A stretch of 62,719 bases of DNA, filler included, from Globobulimina sp. (GCA_003354225.1; 28 parts of 28 records of this genome joined end to end with filler, not necessarily neighbours in it), one strand, 5' to 3'. Numbered from the whole stretch's first letter, positions 33,682 through 47,125 are shown. Notes: generated by a model not told the origin, from the sequence alone. A program made the numbers and translations.

Positions 33682-35809
33682 TTGCATCTTAATTCTAAAT
33701 TCTTTCAAATTTTTGACATTAAATTATGTATTACCATTGGCTGCAACGAAGAATTAGAAAATAACAACGATTCGGAGTTATGCGTTATTTGCACGCACAA
33801 ATCAATAAAAACACAATTTTATGGCCTCAACGACGAATCCAACGACTTCAAAATGGCAATCATCGATGATTCGAAGATGGAATCAATTGATATTAATTCA
33901 TTAACCATCCGTGATACATATGCAGTGCCATCATTTATTGATATATGGACATCAAAGATTAGAACAATTGAGTCGATTCCACCGCGGTTTATTCGAAAAG
34001 TGATTGAAGTATATGTGAGATTAATACGTAATGCGCGACAGAAAAATGACATGCGATCTTGGATAGAATTATGCATGTTTTGTAAAGCTATTTTAGCAAA
34101 ATCAGATAAGGAAAATAATCCATTTACATTCGCAGAACGCATTTCTATGGCATCTGCGGGTGAAATTGTTAAACTATTCACCATTTTAAACCAGAATGCG
34201 ATCAAAAACAATCAATTGCAAACAATCAAAAAAGTATTTATTAAAAATAAGATTGGTGAATTATCGCGACACATGAAAACTAAAATTATCCGCATTTCGA
34301 GCACCGGAAATATTAAGAAAGCATTAGCAATGATCGATAGTTCGGGTATTGCCGATATGGATAATCCGCAGAAACGACAGTTGCTGCTATCAAAATATCC
34401 GAAACGGAAACCTGAAAATGTCGTTGTTAAATTACCAACCAATCAACAACATATTACCAAAAACATTGAGAAAGAAATAATTAATGAAGCAGCACTAAGC
34501 CTAAACGAGTCATCGGCACCGGGAGTATCTGGCATTTCCAACCAGCAATTCATTAAAATGTGGAAAAACCGGAGCGGAACAGAGCTGGAACACGAAATCA
34601 AATTAATGATATTATTATTCGTCAACGGCAATGTTAGCGAGAGTGTGATCCAATACGTTAACGGTGGCCGTGTTATCCCAGCAAACAAGAAAATAACCGA
34701 TATCAGACCAATAACGATTGGCAATCTCATCCCTTCACTGTCTATTGCAGCCAGCAAACGTGCACACAAACCAGAAATCGAAGCGGCGAGGGATCCTACA
34801 CAAATTAGCGAAGATAAATGCGGCGGAGAAGCTATGGTATTAACATTTGAAATGGCCGTAAAATATATTTCATTGAACGAAGATTTTTGTATCATCCAAA
34901 TTGATTGGCGGAACTGCTTTGGTGAAATCATCAGAAAACGCTTATTAATACAAATCCATTCTGACATACCGTCGCAATATCTGCTGAATTATCAATTATA
35001 TGGTAAGAATAACAAGTTAGTATTGCCGAACGGTCACCAATTTGAAGCTGAAGAGGGTTTATATCAAGGACAAGCGGGAAGTAATGGCAATTGTGGATTA
35101 TCACAAAAGCATTTTATGAAACGAGTCCTCGACGCAGCTAAACAGACAAAGCCCGATTTTAAAATTAAAGCAAGAGCCTCTTTTGTCGACGACAGTTTTA
35201 CATTGATGTCGATATCTGACGCAAATCTGTACATTGAAATTATTAATAAAATAGGACCCGAAGAAGGATATTTTTTAAACAGTAAGAAAAGCGTCATTAC
35301 AATTGGCGGTGCATGGGATGATATTTCACATTTAGTGTCGGAAGCCGTGGCCCAATTTAAGCGCTGCGAACACGGCCAAACGGAGTGTTTGAACATTCCA
35401 ATTGGTACACAAGAATATGTTATAAATTACATGCTGCCAAAGATTGAATCTATTCATAAATCATTATTACGCGTCACAACTTTCGATAACACCCAACTTG
35501 GACACAAAATATTTAAGGACTATGTATGTGTATCACAAATTATTTATTGGTTATGACGCTTAGCACCAAAACAATCGATATTTATTGCAAGAAAATTCGA
35601 CAATATGTTGAGAGAACAAGTCAATAATTTGTGCGGTTTCAATTTGACACAACTCCAATGGTTACAATGCACGCTCTCAATTAACAAATCAGGATTAGGC
35701 ATACGGACAGCGACCGATAAATTATATGCGATTTATTTGCCTGCATTGATGTCAGCACTGCAAATCATTGATCGCTTAGCAGATCCCGATGTCATTCAAT
35801 TATATGATA
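33682..35809 (+). pseudogene. CRE/SLACS-like non-LTR retrotransposon RT with an in-frame stop
   Basis: SAPGVSG, IRPITIG, IDWRNCF, GLYQG, FVDD, L.IPIG, LSINKSGLGIR; TGA at 35554-35556 with the same frame continuing. Confidence 0.75.
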
Positions 35810-35918
35810 NNNNNNNNNNNNNNNNNNNNNNNNNNNNNNNNNNNNNNNNNNNNTTAATTAATTAANNNNNNNNNNNNNNNNNNNNNNNNNNNNNNNNNNN
35901 NNNNNNNNNTACTATATA

Positions 35919-37840
35919 TTATTTTAGTTTTTTTTCTGCTCTTAATAATTTCCTAGCAGTTTCATTATTTCTCCATAATACTTTTTTACATTTATCTCTA
36001 TATTGATAGTGCCGAAACTTTATAGTGATTGATTTGCAATGAATTACATATTTCTTCACAAACTGATGTCGATATATCTTTCCTATTATTTTGTAACTTG
36101 ATGTGTGTTAAACATTTATTATCGCTGCCAACCAATTTGGATAAACTCAACATTCCCTGATCACCAATGGGATTACTTTGAATATTCAAACACCAAATAT
36201 TATGCATAGCATCCATATCTATTAACGCATCACATATCTTATTTAAAAATGTATCATCCATTCCACAATTGCTCATCTCCAACACTTGTAACGTAGAAAT
36301 ATTCCGTATTGCTCCACATATCACATTTTGTAATATTTCTACATTCGATGCAGAGAATAACAATATAATATTACTATTTGTCATATCAAATACATCATAA
36401 TCTTCATCTATTTCACTGACTGCTACCGTCATTTTACGCTCTTCCTCCACAAAACACACTTTTCGATCATTATTTGTCTCTATTTGTACATCAATTCGTT
36501 TTTCGATACGCACACAATTTTCCATTTTTTTCACACACATTTTTCCAACAATATCTCCATTAATATTGTCGTCAAAAGTTATCTTCTTTCTTGTCTTTTT
36601 CCTTCTTGTTTTGGGAACGCTTATCTTGTTCATTAACAATGAATGATCAATGTCTCGTTTTTTATCATTAACGTTTCCCATTTTCTTTGAGGGATAAATT
36701 GCAATATTTGCTGCAATAGATTTTGTAGAAATGGATGATACAAAATTTTTTTGTGCTCCTTTTTTTCTTTTTATGTGATGATTTTTTAATAAATGTGAAT
36801 ATATTTCATAATCTTTAAAATATTTCAAAAATCCGAATCGTTGCATAATATTTGCACTATTCACAATGGCTTCATTTTCAGTTTTAAACATTTCTTTTAT
36901 TGTTTCTTTTTCATTTTGTTTTTTTAATTTTTTTTTTAATTCCGTTATTGCGGCGTACTTTACATTCGAATCTAATTTTTTTTTATTAAATGATTTACGC
37001 TGTTTATTCATTTTTATTTTTTTCTTTCTTTCATTATCGATATTTTTCGCATTTTCTTCATATTTCTTACGAATTTCACTCAACGCCAATGACTTTCCTT
37101 TGCCTTTCTTTCTCCCGCGTTTCCAGCTTTTTTTTGCCAGTGTTTCTGATGATAAATCATTGGATTCTTCATGTTCCTCAATAGCATCCAATTGGTCACA
37201 TTTCACCTCAATCATTTTTGTAATGTCATATATTGCTAATTCAAATTGGGATTGTTTCTTATTGGAAACTGAAGAATGCCGACGATGTCTTGTATATTAA
37301 TGTATTGTTTTTGCATACAAGTTATATATCAGATATCTTCATATTGTAATTATAAACAAAGTAATTAACTGTAATGAATGTCTTCGATCTAATCTCCGTG
37401 GAATATTATAATCTTTCCCAACCATAATACGCCGGATTTCATCAATTGTGATGAATATAGCACGATTTGGTAAGGTCTTAAAATATCGTTTCCCTAAATA
37501 TGTGCCATCTGAATTACCAATACTTCCATTTAATAGTTCAATGCCATAATAGATTCTGTTTTTTTTGTTATCTAAGTTACCAACATAACCAATTATACCT
37601 TCGCGATCATTGCTTAATAATACAAAATCTCCGGCTTTATATTTGTTTTCAATTTTCACATTTTTCTTGTTTTTTTTTAATTTAACACCCCATATATTTC
37701 CAGATGCAGATTTCTCATTTTGTTGCGGATTTGAAGTTGATTTGTATTTCTTTTTGCACCTAATACATAAATATATAATAAAACATATTTGAAATGTATG
37801 ATAATACTTACTTTATAGGTCCAGATGTTGCCATTGGCAT
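35919..37840 (-). CDS. CAP-Gly plus tropomodulin-like LRR protein (spliced; frameshift near 3' end)
   Basis: CAP-Gly YGIEL...GNSDGTYLGKRYF. Introns 37760-37811 and 37289-37369 join exons in frame. LRR LNIQSNPIGDQG...IKLQNNRKDIS. Tail FRHYQYRDKCKKVLWRNNE lies in a shifted frame after about 36020. Confidence 0.65.
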
Positions 37841-38169
37841 ACTAGTGATACTACAGAGCTTTGAATTAAATAAGAAACTTTAATCAAATATCATGTAATT
37901 ATAATTTAATCGATTGAAAACCGGATGCTCTTTTTTTCTCATGTATCTATTAAATATTTCAGAAACGATGTGCTAGTGTAACATGTACGTGCATTTTGTG
38001 ATCAGTCAGATTAGGATATGTACAAATGATGAGTACATTTTTAGAAAGAAGGNNNNNNNNNNNNNNNNNNNNNNNNNNNNNNNNNNNNNNNNNNNNTTAA
38101 TTAATTAANNNNNNNNNNNNNNNNNNNNNNNNNNNNNNNNNNNNNNNNNNNNTTGCAACTCGCCCGGCG

Positions 38170-39375
38170 TTGTTTGGTCAATCCTTATTTAGAGATAATA
38201 GCAATAACAATCCGGTCGAAGGTGATGTAGTTACCATAAATTCAATGAATCCAATGAACCAAATGAATAACAGTGCCAATATGATCAATCCAATGCAATT
38301 GAATAATATGAATATGGGCGTCAATATGAATATGCATGGATATCATATCAGTAATATCAACAATATGCATCAAATGGATACGTACCAAACCCAAGCACAG
38401 CCGCACTTATTTAATATACCAACCTCGACACAATATGCCTCCTATAACCCTATGACTATCAATACCGTCAACACAGTGAATACACAGGCAAATGGACCAT
38501 ATATCACCACTGCGGCCACGGTGGCAGCCGGTAATAATACCTATTACAACACCAATATGAGTAACAACATGAACATGAGCATGAATAATATGTACGGCGT
38601 GGACCCGAATGGAGATAAAGGTAAATACATTGATGATGATTTGGAGAATGGGCGTAAAAATTACATTGATTTATTACGTTCGATCAATTTTGTAAATGAG
38701 AACTATCAGACCTCTGCCAGTAAATGGATCCGAACCTGCATTGAACGGTACAATGAGAATGAAGATATATATCACAATTACTTACTAAACGTAGTGCAGT
38801 CTCTGATCAATAACATCGGCGATGATAAGACAGTCCGCGGTTTAAAGAGAGCGTGGATGAGTTACAACAACATTGAGAATGAATGGTCCTTCTTACACAT
38901 GATTTGCAGCAAGAATCTGTTGTATTTGTTCCAGTCCGTTGTGAATCTGTTAATTAATTACAAGCACGAACTGTTGATTGCTATCTCGCACATTAATAAA
39001 GAGAGCAAGTTACGCATATCGCCGTTGTATTGTTGCGTTATAAGCAATAACTTGCAGTTTACCAAATATTTATTTGATTATTATTTAACTAACTTACAGT
39101 CGCAGGATGTGGTGAATATATTGCAAAATGGGAATGTGAGCAATAATAACAATAACAACAGTAATGAGACTATCATTCATCACTTAATTAATTATAATCA
39201 CACACAAACATTGCAGCAATTAATTAATGTCAATGCAAGCAGAAATAATCAATTCTTAAATATACAACAAATTCAATTAATATTAAACCATATTAATACA
39301 CAAAATAATCAAAGCAATCCACAACAGAATAATATTATGGATGGCACATATTCTATTAATGCTTTCTCGAAATAG
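38170..39375 (+). CDS. Asn/Met-rich protein with ankyrin-like repeats (partial)
   Basis: Low-complexity N-terminus; SFLHMICSKN, SPLYCCVISNN, TIIHHLINYN resemble the ankyrin TPLH motif. Confidence 0.55.
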   Translation: MFGQSLFRDNSNNNPVEGDVVTINSMNPMNQMNNSANMINPMQLNNMNMGVNMNMHGYHISNINNMHQMDTYQTQAQPHLFNIPTSTQYASYNPMTINTVNTVNTQANGPYITTAATVAAGNNTYYNTNMSNNMNMSMNNMYGVDPNGDKGKYIDDDLENGRKNYIDLLRSINFVNENYQTSASKWIRTCIERYNENEDIYHNYLLNVVQSLINNIGDDKTVRGLKRAWMSYNNIENEWSFLHMICSKNLLYLFQSVVNLLINYKHELLIAISHINKESKLRISPLYCCVISNNLQFTKYLFDYYLTNLQSQDVVNILQNGNVSNNNNNNSNETIIHHLINYNHTQTLQQLINVNASRNNQFLNIQQIQLILNHINTQNNQSNPQQNNIMDGTYSINAFSK

Positions 39376-40395
39376 TTATATGATTCGATTCGATATAAAT
39401 TAATATTATTAACAAATATATATACTTTTGTGATGTTTTGTTTTGTTTTGTTTTGTTTTTTCTTAATTGTACATGTGTTGTGTTCTTGGATTGTGACATA
39501 TGCCTTCAATTAAAATAAGTCCATTATGGTATTTTATTTATTAAATACCATATTGGAACTACCCTATTTTGCTTTTTTTTTATTTATGTTTTTCATGTTT
39601 TGTTTTATACCTTTTTTTTCCGTTTTTTTTTTTTAAAGCTTTGCCATTCTTCGATAAAAACAGGGAATGATATAAATGGTGTATTCACTCTATTTTTTTG
39701 CTTTTTGTGCAGATCAATGTCATTGTAAGTTATTATTATTATTTTTGTGTTGTGAATTGCTGCCATATTGTTTCTTACATTTTTTTTTATATTAATTTAT
39801 TATTATTTGTCATAATTTGTTATGTTTTTTTTTGTGTTCATGGTATGTTATACATTTTTACTTTTTGTTTTACGAATAAACTAAATGTGTTTATATTGAA
39901 CAATGGTAATCCTCCAACCTCTTGTCGTATATACTTTATTTTTTTGATTCTGAATGATAGATGTTTTTATTTTTTTTCATTTTTTAGTTTCTTTTTGTTT
40001 CTGTACTCTAATTAAAACATTGTGTCACTCATTCTCGCAATCTCGTTAGTCGGTGGATAACGTTGCTTATTCATACTGCTTTCTTCCTTGCAAAAAAGAC
40101 CATGGTGTTAAAGATTTTGACGCTCAGCTTTTGTTTCTTGAGCCAATTTGGCACCCTAAATAAAGAACTACTTTTCTTTTGCGAGGAAGAACTACTTTTC
40201 AAATTTTGCATAAGACTTACTTTTAAAATATACATTTTAAATTCCATACTTTTTTAATCAAGCAATCACAACACAGAACATACACCAACACTTTTNNNNN
40301 NNNNNNNNNNNNNNNNNNNNNNNNNNNNNNNNNNNNNNNTTAATTAATTAANNNNNNNNNNNNNNNNNNNNNNNNNNNNNNNNNNNNNNNNNNNN

Positions 40396-40810
40396 TGGGA
40401 GTGGCTGTGGTGGGAGTGGCTGTGGTGGGATTGGCTGTGGTGGGATTGGCTGTGGTTGGATTGGCTGTGGTGGGATTGGCTGTGGTGGGATTGGCTGTGG
40501 TTGGACAAGCATCCAAACAAAAGTCAAATGAATCTTCAGATGCATTGAATGCAGAATAAAATACTAATGTGTCATCAATTTCAATTTGAACATACCCAGC
40601 ACCCCACTCGCAACATATACCATCACCATAGGAATCAAAAATGGTAAATGTATAACAATGGTCACCTTGCAACGAATAATCAAATCGCATAGATGTGTAA
40701 CTGGGGATAGAACCGTTTGGTTGCGCCTCAACCACATCGACAGTGCCTTGGTATACAAATTCAAATGAGGTATCATTACTAAAGTAATCAGATTGTAACA
40801 GCACAGACAC
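40396..40810 (-). CDS. Extracellular protein fragment with a DSYGDGICC module and PTTAN tandem repeats
   Basis: YTFTIFDSYGDGICCEWGAG followed by 15-bp tandem repeats (40396-40505). Confidence 0.65.
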
Positions 40811-41310
40811 TGTTTGACAGCCAGGGCCAGAATGTGATAGCCGTCGTGCTTCAAATACGGCAACACCCGGATGCCTACAATTTGTGTTATATTTAATAGC
40901 GACCAGACAAAAACATACAAAAACAATTATACAGATATCATATATTTATATTTAACGGTCTAAGAATTGGAATCGAATCTGGTTTTGCTCCACCATCGAG
41001 AAATGTTGATTCGCCAATTGTTGTATAGAAGATCGTTGTCAATGTCAATGTCAATATAAACATCTTGAGATTGTCAAATTAAATTAATTAATAATGGAAA
41101 TGGTTGGAAGAGAAGAGGCGAATTGTGCTATATTTGACTAAGTTTTTAAAATTTTGACAATTTTGACTGTTTAATTTGAGTTTTCATTTTTTATTACTAC
41201 AATTATACAGTTGATCTGATAGGGTGTTTAGAGCGAAGTCAAACTAGCAAAAATGTTCAAACATTACCAAGATGTGTTAGCAATTGCAACTTTAAAAACA
41301 ATTTATATTA

Positions 41311-42223
41311 TCAATGTTCCTCATGATGATCCTGTTTATTTTGATTTGGCCAATATTTAAAGTCAAATTTATGTGGATTCAAATGCGCAAAAGAATCTTC
41401 CTTTGCAGCCGGAATAAACACAGAATCAAATCTATACTCAATAAATTGGTTACCGATACACCAGCGGTCCTTAGTAGCTCTGGCCAATGCAATGGGCGAT
41501 GCTGGATTTCCATACATAGTCACTCCCGAAGGGAACGCAACCACTTTGTCATTGGCCAACTGTTCCTTAAAAAATAGCTTATCTCTGTAATACGTCATGG
41601 ACACATTTTTGCGCCAATAATGGTCCATAAACCAAAAACCTCCAATAAATATACTAAAAAAAAATATCCACTGCCACCAAAATACACGATTATGCGCGTA
41701 ATCTCCAATCCTAAATAATGGAAATGGCGCCACTTGATCATCATAAATATATCGATATGAATCATCCATCTGTTGCATTGGCAGTTTGTTGTCATATTAA
41801 TATATTTATATATTGCGATTTTGCGAATTACTTAACGGGAACTATTGGCCTTCCAATCCATGGGAAATGACCCAAGGCACGCTTTGGTTTCCCAGTGATC
41901 GACGATGGGATGGCTTGGCCAAATTGTCCCCACATTGGGTCTTGGTTTAAATCGCCGCCATATTTATCATAGACTGGCGGGAATGGCCAAGGCTCGTTGT
42001 AATCGTATGGGAATGTTGAATAATATGTAAATCTGCCACATCGTGATTTTTTTTTGTTGAATATGTTTTGATATTTGCCATCTTTTGGACGTGTTACTTG
42101 TTCACCTTCGGCGAATTTACGTCTTGATAAGGATATTAATGAGAGGTAGGATGATGAAAATGAGAGTGAGGGCCGTGATTTGGTTACAGCTCTCACGCTC
42201 TTCACGTTTGATAACGTGTTCAT
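41311..42223 (-). CDS. Probable mitochondrial protein, possibly complex I NDUFB8/ASHI-like; one intron
   Basis: S/R-rich presequence; intron 41770-41836 (GTTAAG...CAG) fuses the ORFs; YDDQVAPFP then a single TM helix. Confidence 0.45.
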
Positions 42224-42638
42224 TGACAGACTCAGGTCACTCAACCGCTTCGCAGAGTTTTTATTTTTAAATTTGAGGACAGCAATGGATTCACTTTGTT
42301 GGTGTTTTCAGAAACCGGCACCTCCATCGAAATGGGCACTAATAACTCGTCGAATTGACAATGGTATCAAATATATACTAAGTTCTTAGCGTTATTGGAA
42401 GGAATGCATTTAAGTCAGAGGTTGAGAAGTTGAGAGGTTCAGAAGTTTATGCGTTGAGAGGTTGGGATGTTGAGAAGTTGGTGGATAAAAGTATCGTAGA
42501 ATTGGATACTGCTTTCATTAATAATTCAACTTCTGAACNNNNNNNNNNNNNNNNNNNNNNNNNNNNNNNNNNNNNNNNNNNNTTAATTAATTAANNNNNN
42601 NNNNNNNNNNNNNNNNNNNNNNNNNNNNNNNNNNNNNN

Positions 42639-44781
42639 ACGTAATCTTGTGGACATACCTTTGTTATGTGTTACACAAACCTCTATGAAGTATAACAATA
42701 ACCGCATGGATAACAACATCACAGTACAGACGAATATTGATGGAAATGGATTGTCAATTTGTAACGCAGATCGGAGTGTGTTTATTTTCACTTTGTGAAA
42801 GACCATTGCTTCACAAAAATGTTTTTTCTCTGTCGATATTTGTAAATCATGATTGTGCGAATCTCTATATGACTATTGTACGGAGGTATAAACCAAAATT
42901 ATGTTCGGCGAGAGCAAGGATAGTTTAGTCTTTTTTTATTCCGGTCAATATTTCAAAATATACAGTTCAACAAGCTTAAGATTGAATAACTTTGTGTCCC
43001 AATTTTCTCATCCAGATCAGTACCAATCTTAAAAATTCTTTCAGTTTTAGAAAATAAACAGAATTTTCTACGTTGATTTGGAGTATCAATACATTTAGAG
43101 CACTTTTCAATTTTGTGAAATTTACAATTGACGTTTTTGCCCAAAAAGTGAACCCAAATATTCAATCTTAAGCTTGCTCAGCTGTATGTTCAATAAAGAC
43201 ATCGAGCGTGATATACAACAGCTTCTAATTTTAGATGGTTGCGTTTTCCGAACGAATATGTTAATATCCAGACAGTGAGCAGTATCTGATAATCGAAGGA
43301 AGCAAGCAGCGCCATTTTGGACAACATATTCGTGTATTATGAGATAATATGACCACATATTTGTCTATAGATCGTTTGCACCGGCTTTAGTGGTAGATCG
43401 CTGATTGTTGGTTGTCTCTAGTAGAAGCTGAGTTGAAAACTCCTATACATGTTCATGGCAAGATGTAAATTTTCAAGTCGATGTATACAGAGGAACTTTC
43501 TGGCTGAATCTAATCTATAAATGAGTCTCGTCCAACACCATCAAATCACCACACATATCACCGGTGATCTCAGATTTAGATTTTTTTCCCAAAATTTAAT
43601 GTTGTCATTCAAGAATCTAATCTATAACCTTAATATATTTTTTGTATGCGTTGATTTAGACTCGAATCGTTATATATTTAGATATATTCAGTTCATTAGA
43701 AAGAGAATTTTTTTTTTGTTTTTTTTAGCAATTCAAAACGAAAACATGCAGCCAAAGAATTACCAAGAAATGCCGCACATCACAGACACACTAAAAACTA
43801 TAACGGACACAATGTTTTTTTTCATTACATATCAATATCAAACGACACAATTGTTTCCCATATTGACTCAATCTTCTTCAGTGAGTTCTTCTGGATTTGT
43901 TTCTATTTCCTGATACCACGACCCTATTTTGTATAGGAATATTGCTGAAACCATTTGCAAACAAAACAAAGCTGAAACAAAAATTGGAAACAGATATTGA
44001 ATAGAAAAATCCCAGAATTGGACATCTGTTAAAAATAATGAAAATGATCTTTTTGTGGAATAATGATGGCACTCTGATGGATTCCACACAACGAACAGTA
44101 ATATTGTACAAACCAATTTTGTAATCACATCCCATGCCACTACTGCTGTGAACATCTGCTTTAATATTTGTGGTTGTGTCACCAAAAATGTTCTCTTTAA
44201 AAAAATTGCAATAAAAGTTGGCTGCTCCGTGGCTACTTCCATCAATAGAATCAAACCAAGAGTAGAATAATAGTGATAGGCACCTGTGCTGAGACCCCCT
44301 GCAACCACAAACAACACGATTGATATCGCAATTGAATGATGTAACCATATTGTCCATCGTATCTGACTGCGGTAACATAATTCCAAAATATATCCCAATA
44401 TCATTACTGTACTTGTAAGACTACCACATCTCATAAATGTCTGATCTACGAATTGAGAATAGTGCATATCACACTCTGTGTGTATGAATATAGGACTTGT
44501 GTTGGATATTAAACCTCCAATTAATATACACAACATTGCAGTACTTTGCACAAATGAAAAAATATAAACCACAATGCGTTTAATGTTGGTATTTATCACA
44601 ACACCAATTGACATTCTTGTGTTGAGCCGTAATGTTCTGCTTCGCTTTAATGATTGTTCGCTACGTAATCTTGTGGACATACCTTTGTTATGTGTTACAC
44701 AAACCTCTATGAAGTATAACAATAACCGCATGGATAACAACATCACAGTACAGACGAATATTGATGGAAATGGATTGTCAA
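42639..44781. repeat. Contig with identical 119-bp terminal direct repeat (42639-42757 = 44663-44781); circular or tandem unit of 2,024 bp
   Basis: Exact match at both contig ends. Confidence 0.88.
43868..44781 (-). CDS. TLC-domain-like membrane protein; N-terminus supplied by 42639-42806 across the circular junction (320 aa total)
   Basis: GYILELCYR....WTIWLHH, TEQPTFIA, multiple TM helices; frame is continuous through the terminal repeat. Confidence 0.6.
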
Positions 44782-45101
44782 NNNNNNNNNNNNNNNNNNN
44801 NNNNNNNNNNNNNNNNNNNNNNNNNTTAATTAATTAANNNNNNNNNNNNNNNNNNNNNNNNNNNNNNNNNNNNNNNNNNNNGATTTCGGGGCAATCACTA
44901 AAAATGGCCCAATTTCGCGGTTTTTATCGCGGATTTCGCGGCCGCGAAATTGGTCTGGCCCTAATTATAATTTAGCAAAATATGCTATCAAAACAGCGTT
45001 TTTTTGTCAATTTAAGCCAATTCGGCATTTTCGGCAGATTATTTTCCAATTTTCGGCAATTTGTCCTATTTTCGGCAATTGCCGCGGAAAATTCGGCATT
45101 T

Positions 45102-45129
45102 GCCGCAAACGCAAGGGCTCTTTTCTAGT
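45102..45129 (+). mobile_element. Possible Helitron 3' terminus
   Basis: GCCGCAAACGCAAGGGCTCTTTTCTAG-T resembles the subterminal GC hairpin plus CTAG|T end; preceded by TTTTCGGCA repeats. Confidence 0.35.
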
Positions 45130-45693
45130 ATATGTACATACGTACAGTACGTACCGTACAGTACTACGCTACGCACAATACTGTCTGTAGGACTCGTTGG
45201 TCATCGATTAACAACGTATAAAAGGAAAGGAATATAATAATATAGACTAACCATATAAAATCGAGTGGAAATCCCAATCCAAGTAAAATCACAATAAATA
45301 AAACTGCATCAGAGAAAATCCAACCAAATAATAATAAATATAAACCAACCAACAGAATAGGAGAACCAAATCCAAATAAATAAAGAAAATCCAATACCAT
45401 ACCAACCAACAGAATAGAAGAACGTACACATCCACACTTGATGCTGCTATAAAGCTATGCTGCTATGTATATGGAGAACACAACACACACTTTGCGCGCC
45501 CAGACAGAGCAAGGTAAGGCGGAACGGAAGAAAAGAACCAACAACCCATGCACGTAGTGTGCATGCCATTGCCTTTTGGTGTGTTGTTATGTTGTGACTA
45601 AGAAAAGAATAAATTTTATGAAGGCGCCTGTTAAAATCACTAACATGCGCGGCCTGGTACAGCTGGAGCTGGGGCGCAGTCTCACTCAGTGAC

Positions 45694-46230
45694 AAATTTT
45701 CATTTGACGCATGACGCATGACGAATTTGACGCACGACAAAGGGCAATGGCAATTCCACGGCGCGGGAATTTCCATTCGTATTTGTCATGCGTCGAATGC
45801 CGATCTGCAGTCAAAATCCTATTACTTCTGTATTCTATGAAACAGCATATAAATTTCCATTCGACGCATGACGCATGACGAATTTGACGCACGACAAAGG
45901 GCAATGGCCATTCCACATCGCGGGAATTTCCATTCGTATTTGTCATTACATTACATTGACGTTACAAATGACATTGACAAACAAACCAAACAAATTATGT
46001 CAAATCCCAAAGGGACTAAATTGCCCTAGTCCGAAAACAACCTTGTACTGTCAATTTGTCATCTTTACACCTATACCTCTCTAATAATATCAAAATCCGT
46101 TGAATGGCGGCTGATGACGTTACAGATGACATTGACAAAGAAACCAAACAGATTATGTCAAATCCCAAAGGGACTAAATTGCCCTAGTCCGAAAACAACC
46201 TTGTATTGTCAATTGTCACCTATACCTCTG
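45694..46230. repeat. Two consecutive pairs of imperfect direct repeats with 157-158-bp spacing
   Basis: About 95-bp unit at 45694 and 45851; about 110-bp unit at 45957 and 46115. Confidence 0.85.
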
Positions 46231-47125
46231 TTTATTGTTAGAATTTTTATTTTGTGAGATCTCTCAAAATCCCTCCACTCACTGCTAACAATCTACTACC
46301 TTTTTTGCTTGTTTAAGTTTTCTTTAAGTTTTTTCTTCAGTTTCTTTAAGTTTTTTCTTTAAGTTTAAGTTTTCTTAATGTATGAATTTAGTTGGATTAT
46401 TATCTTTTATTTTAATATAGCTTTCTTTATTATTTTATGGTGTTGGCTTCTATTTCCTATTGTCAACTATTGTTTGATTAAGCCAATCAACCAATTTTAT
46501 GTTGATAATAAAGATTTGGTTGATTTCTGGCTTGGCCTTTTAAAACTTTTGCTTACTGTAGTGCTGCCTTTTTTAAATAGATAATCTTCTTTAGCCTTTT
46601 ATTTAATAGTTTTTTTCTGACTCACCCACCCCTCCTCTCCATAGCTGTGACTCTATTTTGTAATGTAAGTTTATATTTATATTTTAATTTCTTTTACCTA
46701 CTGTACTATGAGTACTAATCTAATCCTAATTAAGCATGGAAAATCGTTCATACTTTCGTTCGATCGAAACCTTATTGTCTCGCGCGCGAGTCTATAACGC
46801 GATCAAAATTTCATTTATAGTATTGTTCATGTTCCGTACGGATAAAAATCAATTTAAAATGATCATAGCTTCACCATGACTTTTCCTGCTTCCACATTAA
46901 GCAATGAAGCCGTTAACCTCGAAAAAATTTCCCTCTGTGTCATTGTCATGACATCGAAAGTTTTAGTCATTCATTTTCATTGTACAATACAAACAATCCA
47001 AATTATTGTTTTATCTACCTTTGTNNNNNNNNNNNNNNNNNNNNNNNNNNNNNNNNNNNNNNNNNNNNTTAATTAATTAANNNNNNNNNNNNNNNNNNNN
47101 NNNNNNNNNNNNNNNNNNNNNNNNA

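Noticed and set aside
35554-35556. In-frame TGA in the RT as recoding
   Set aside because: It falls where related RTs have Arg (Y.LR), consistent with a CGA-to-TGA mutation; TGA is a normal stop in other genes here, e.g. transaldolase.
39400-40295. Hydrophobic ORFs 39698-40015 and 40063-40257
   Set aside because: Products of T-rich low-complexity intergenic sequence.
46111-46200. CTGATGA followed later by stem-GAAA as a hammerhead ribozyme
   Set aside because: CTGATGA does not abut the GGACTA/TAGTCC-GAAA stem and is absent from the sister repeat; stems I and III cannot be formed.
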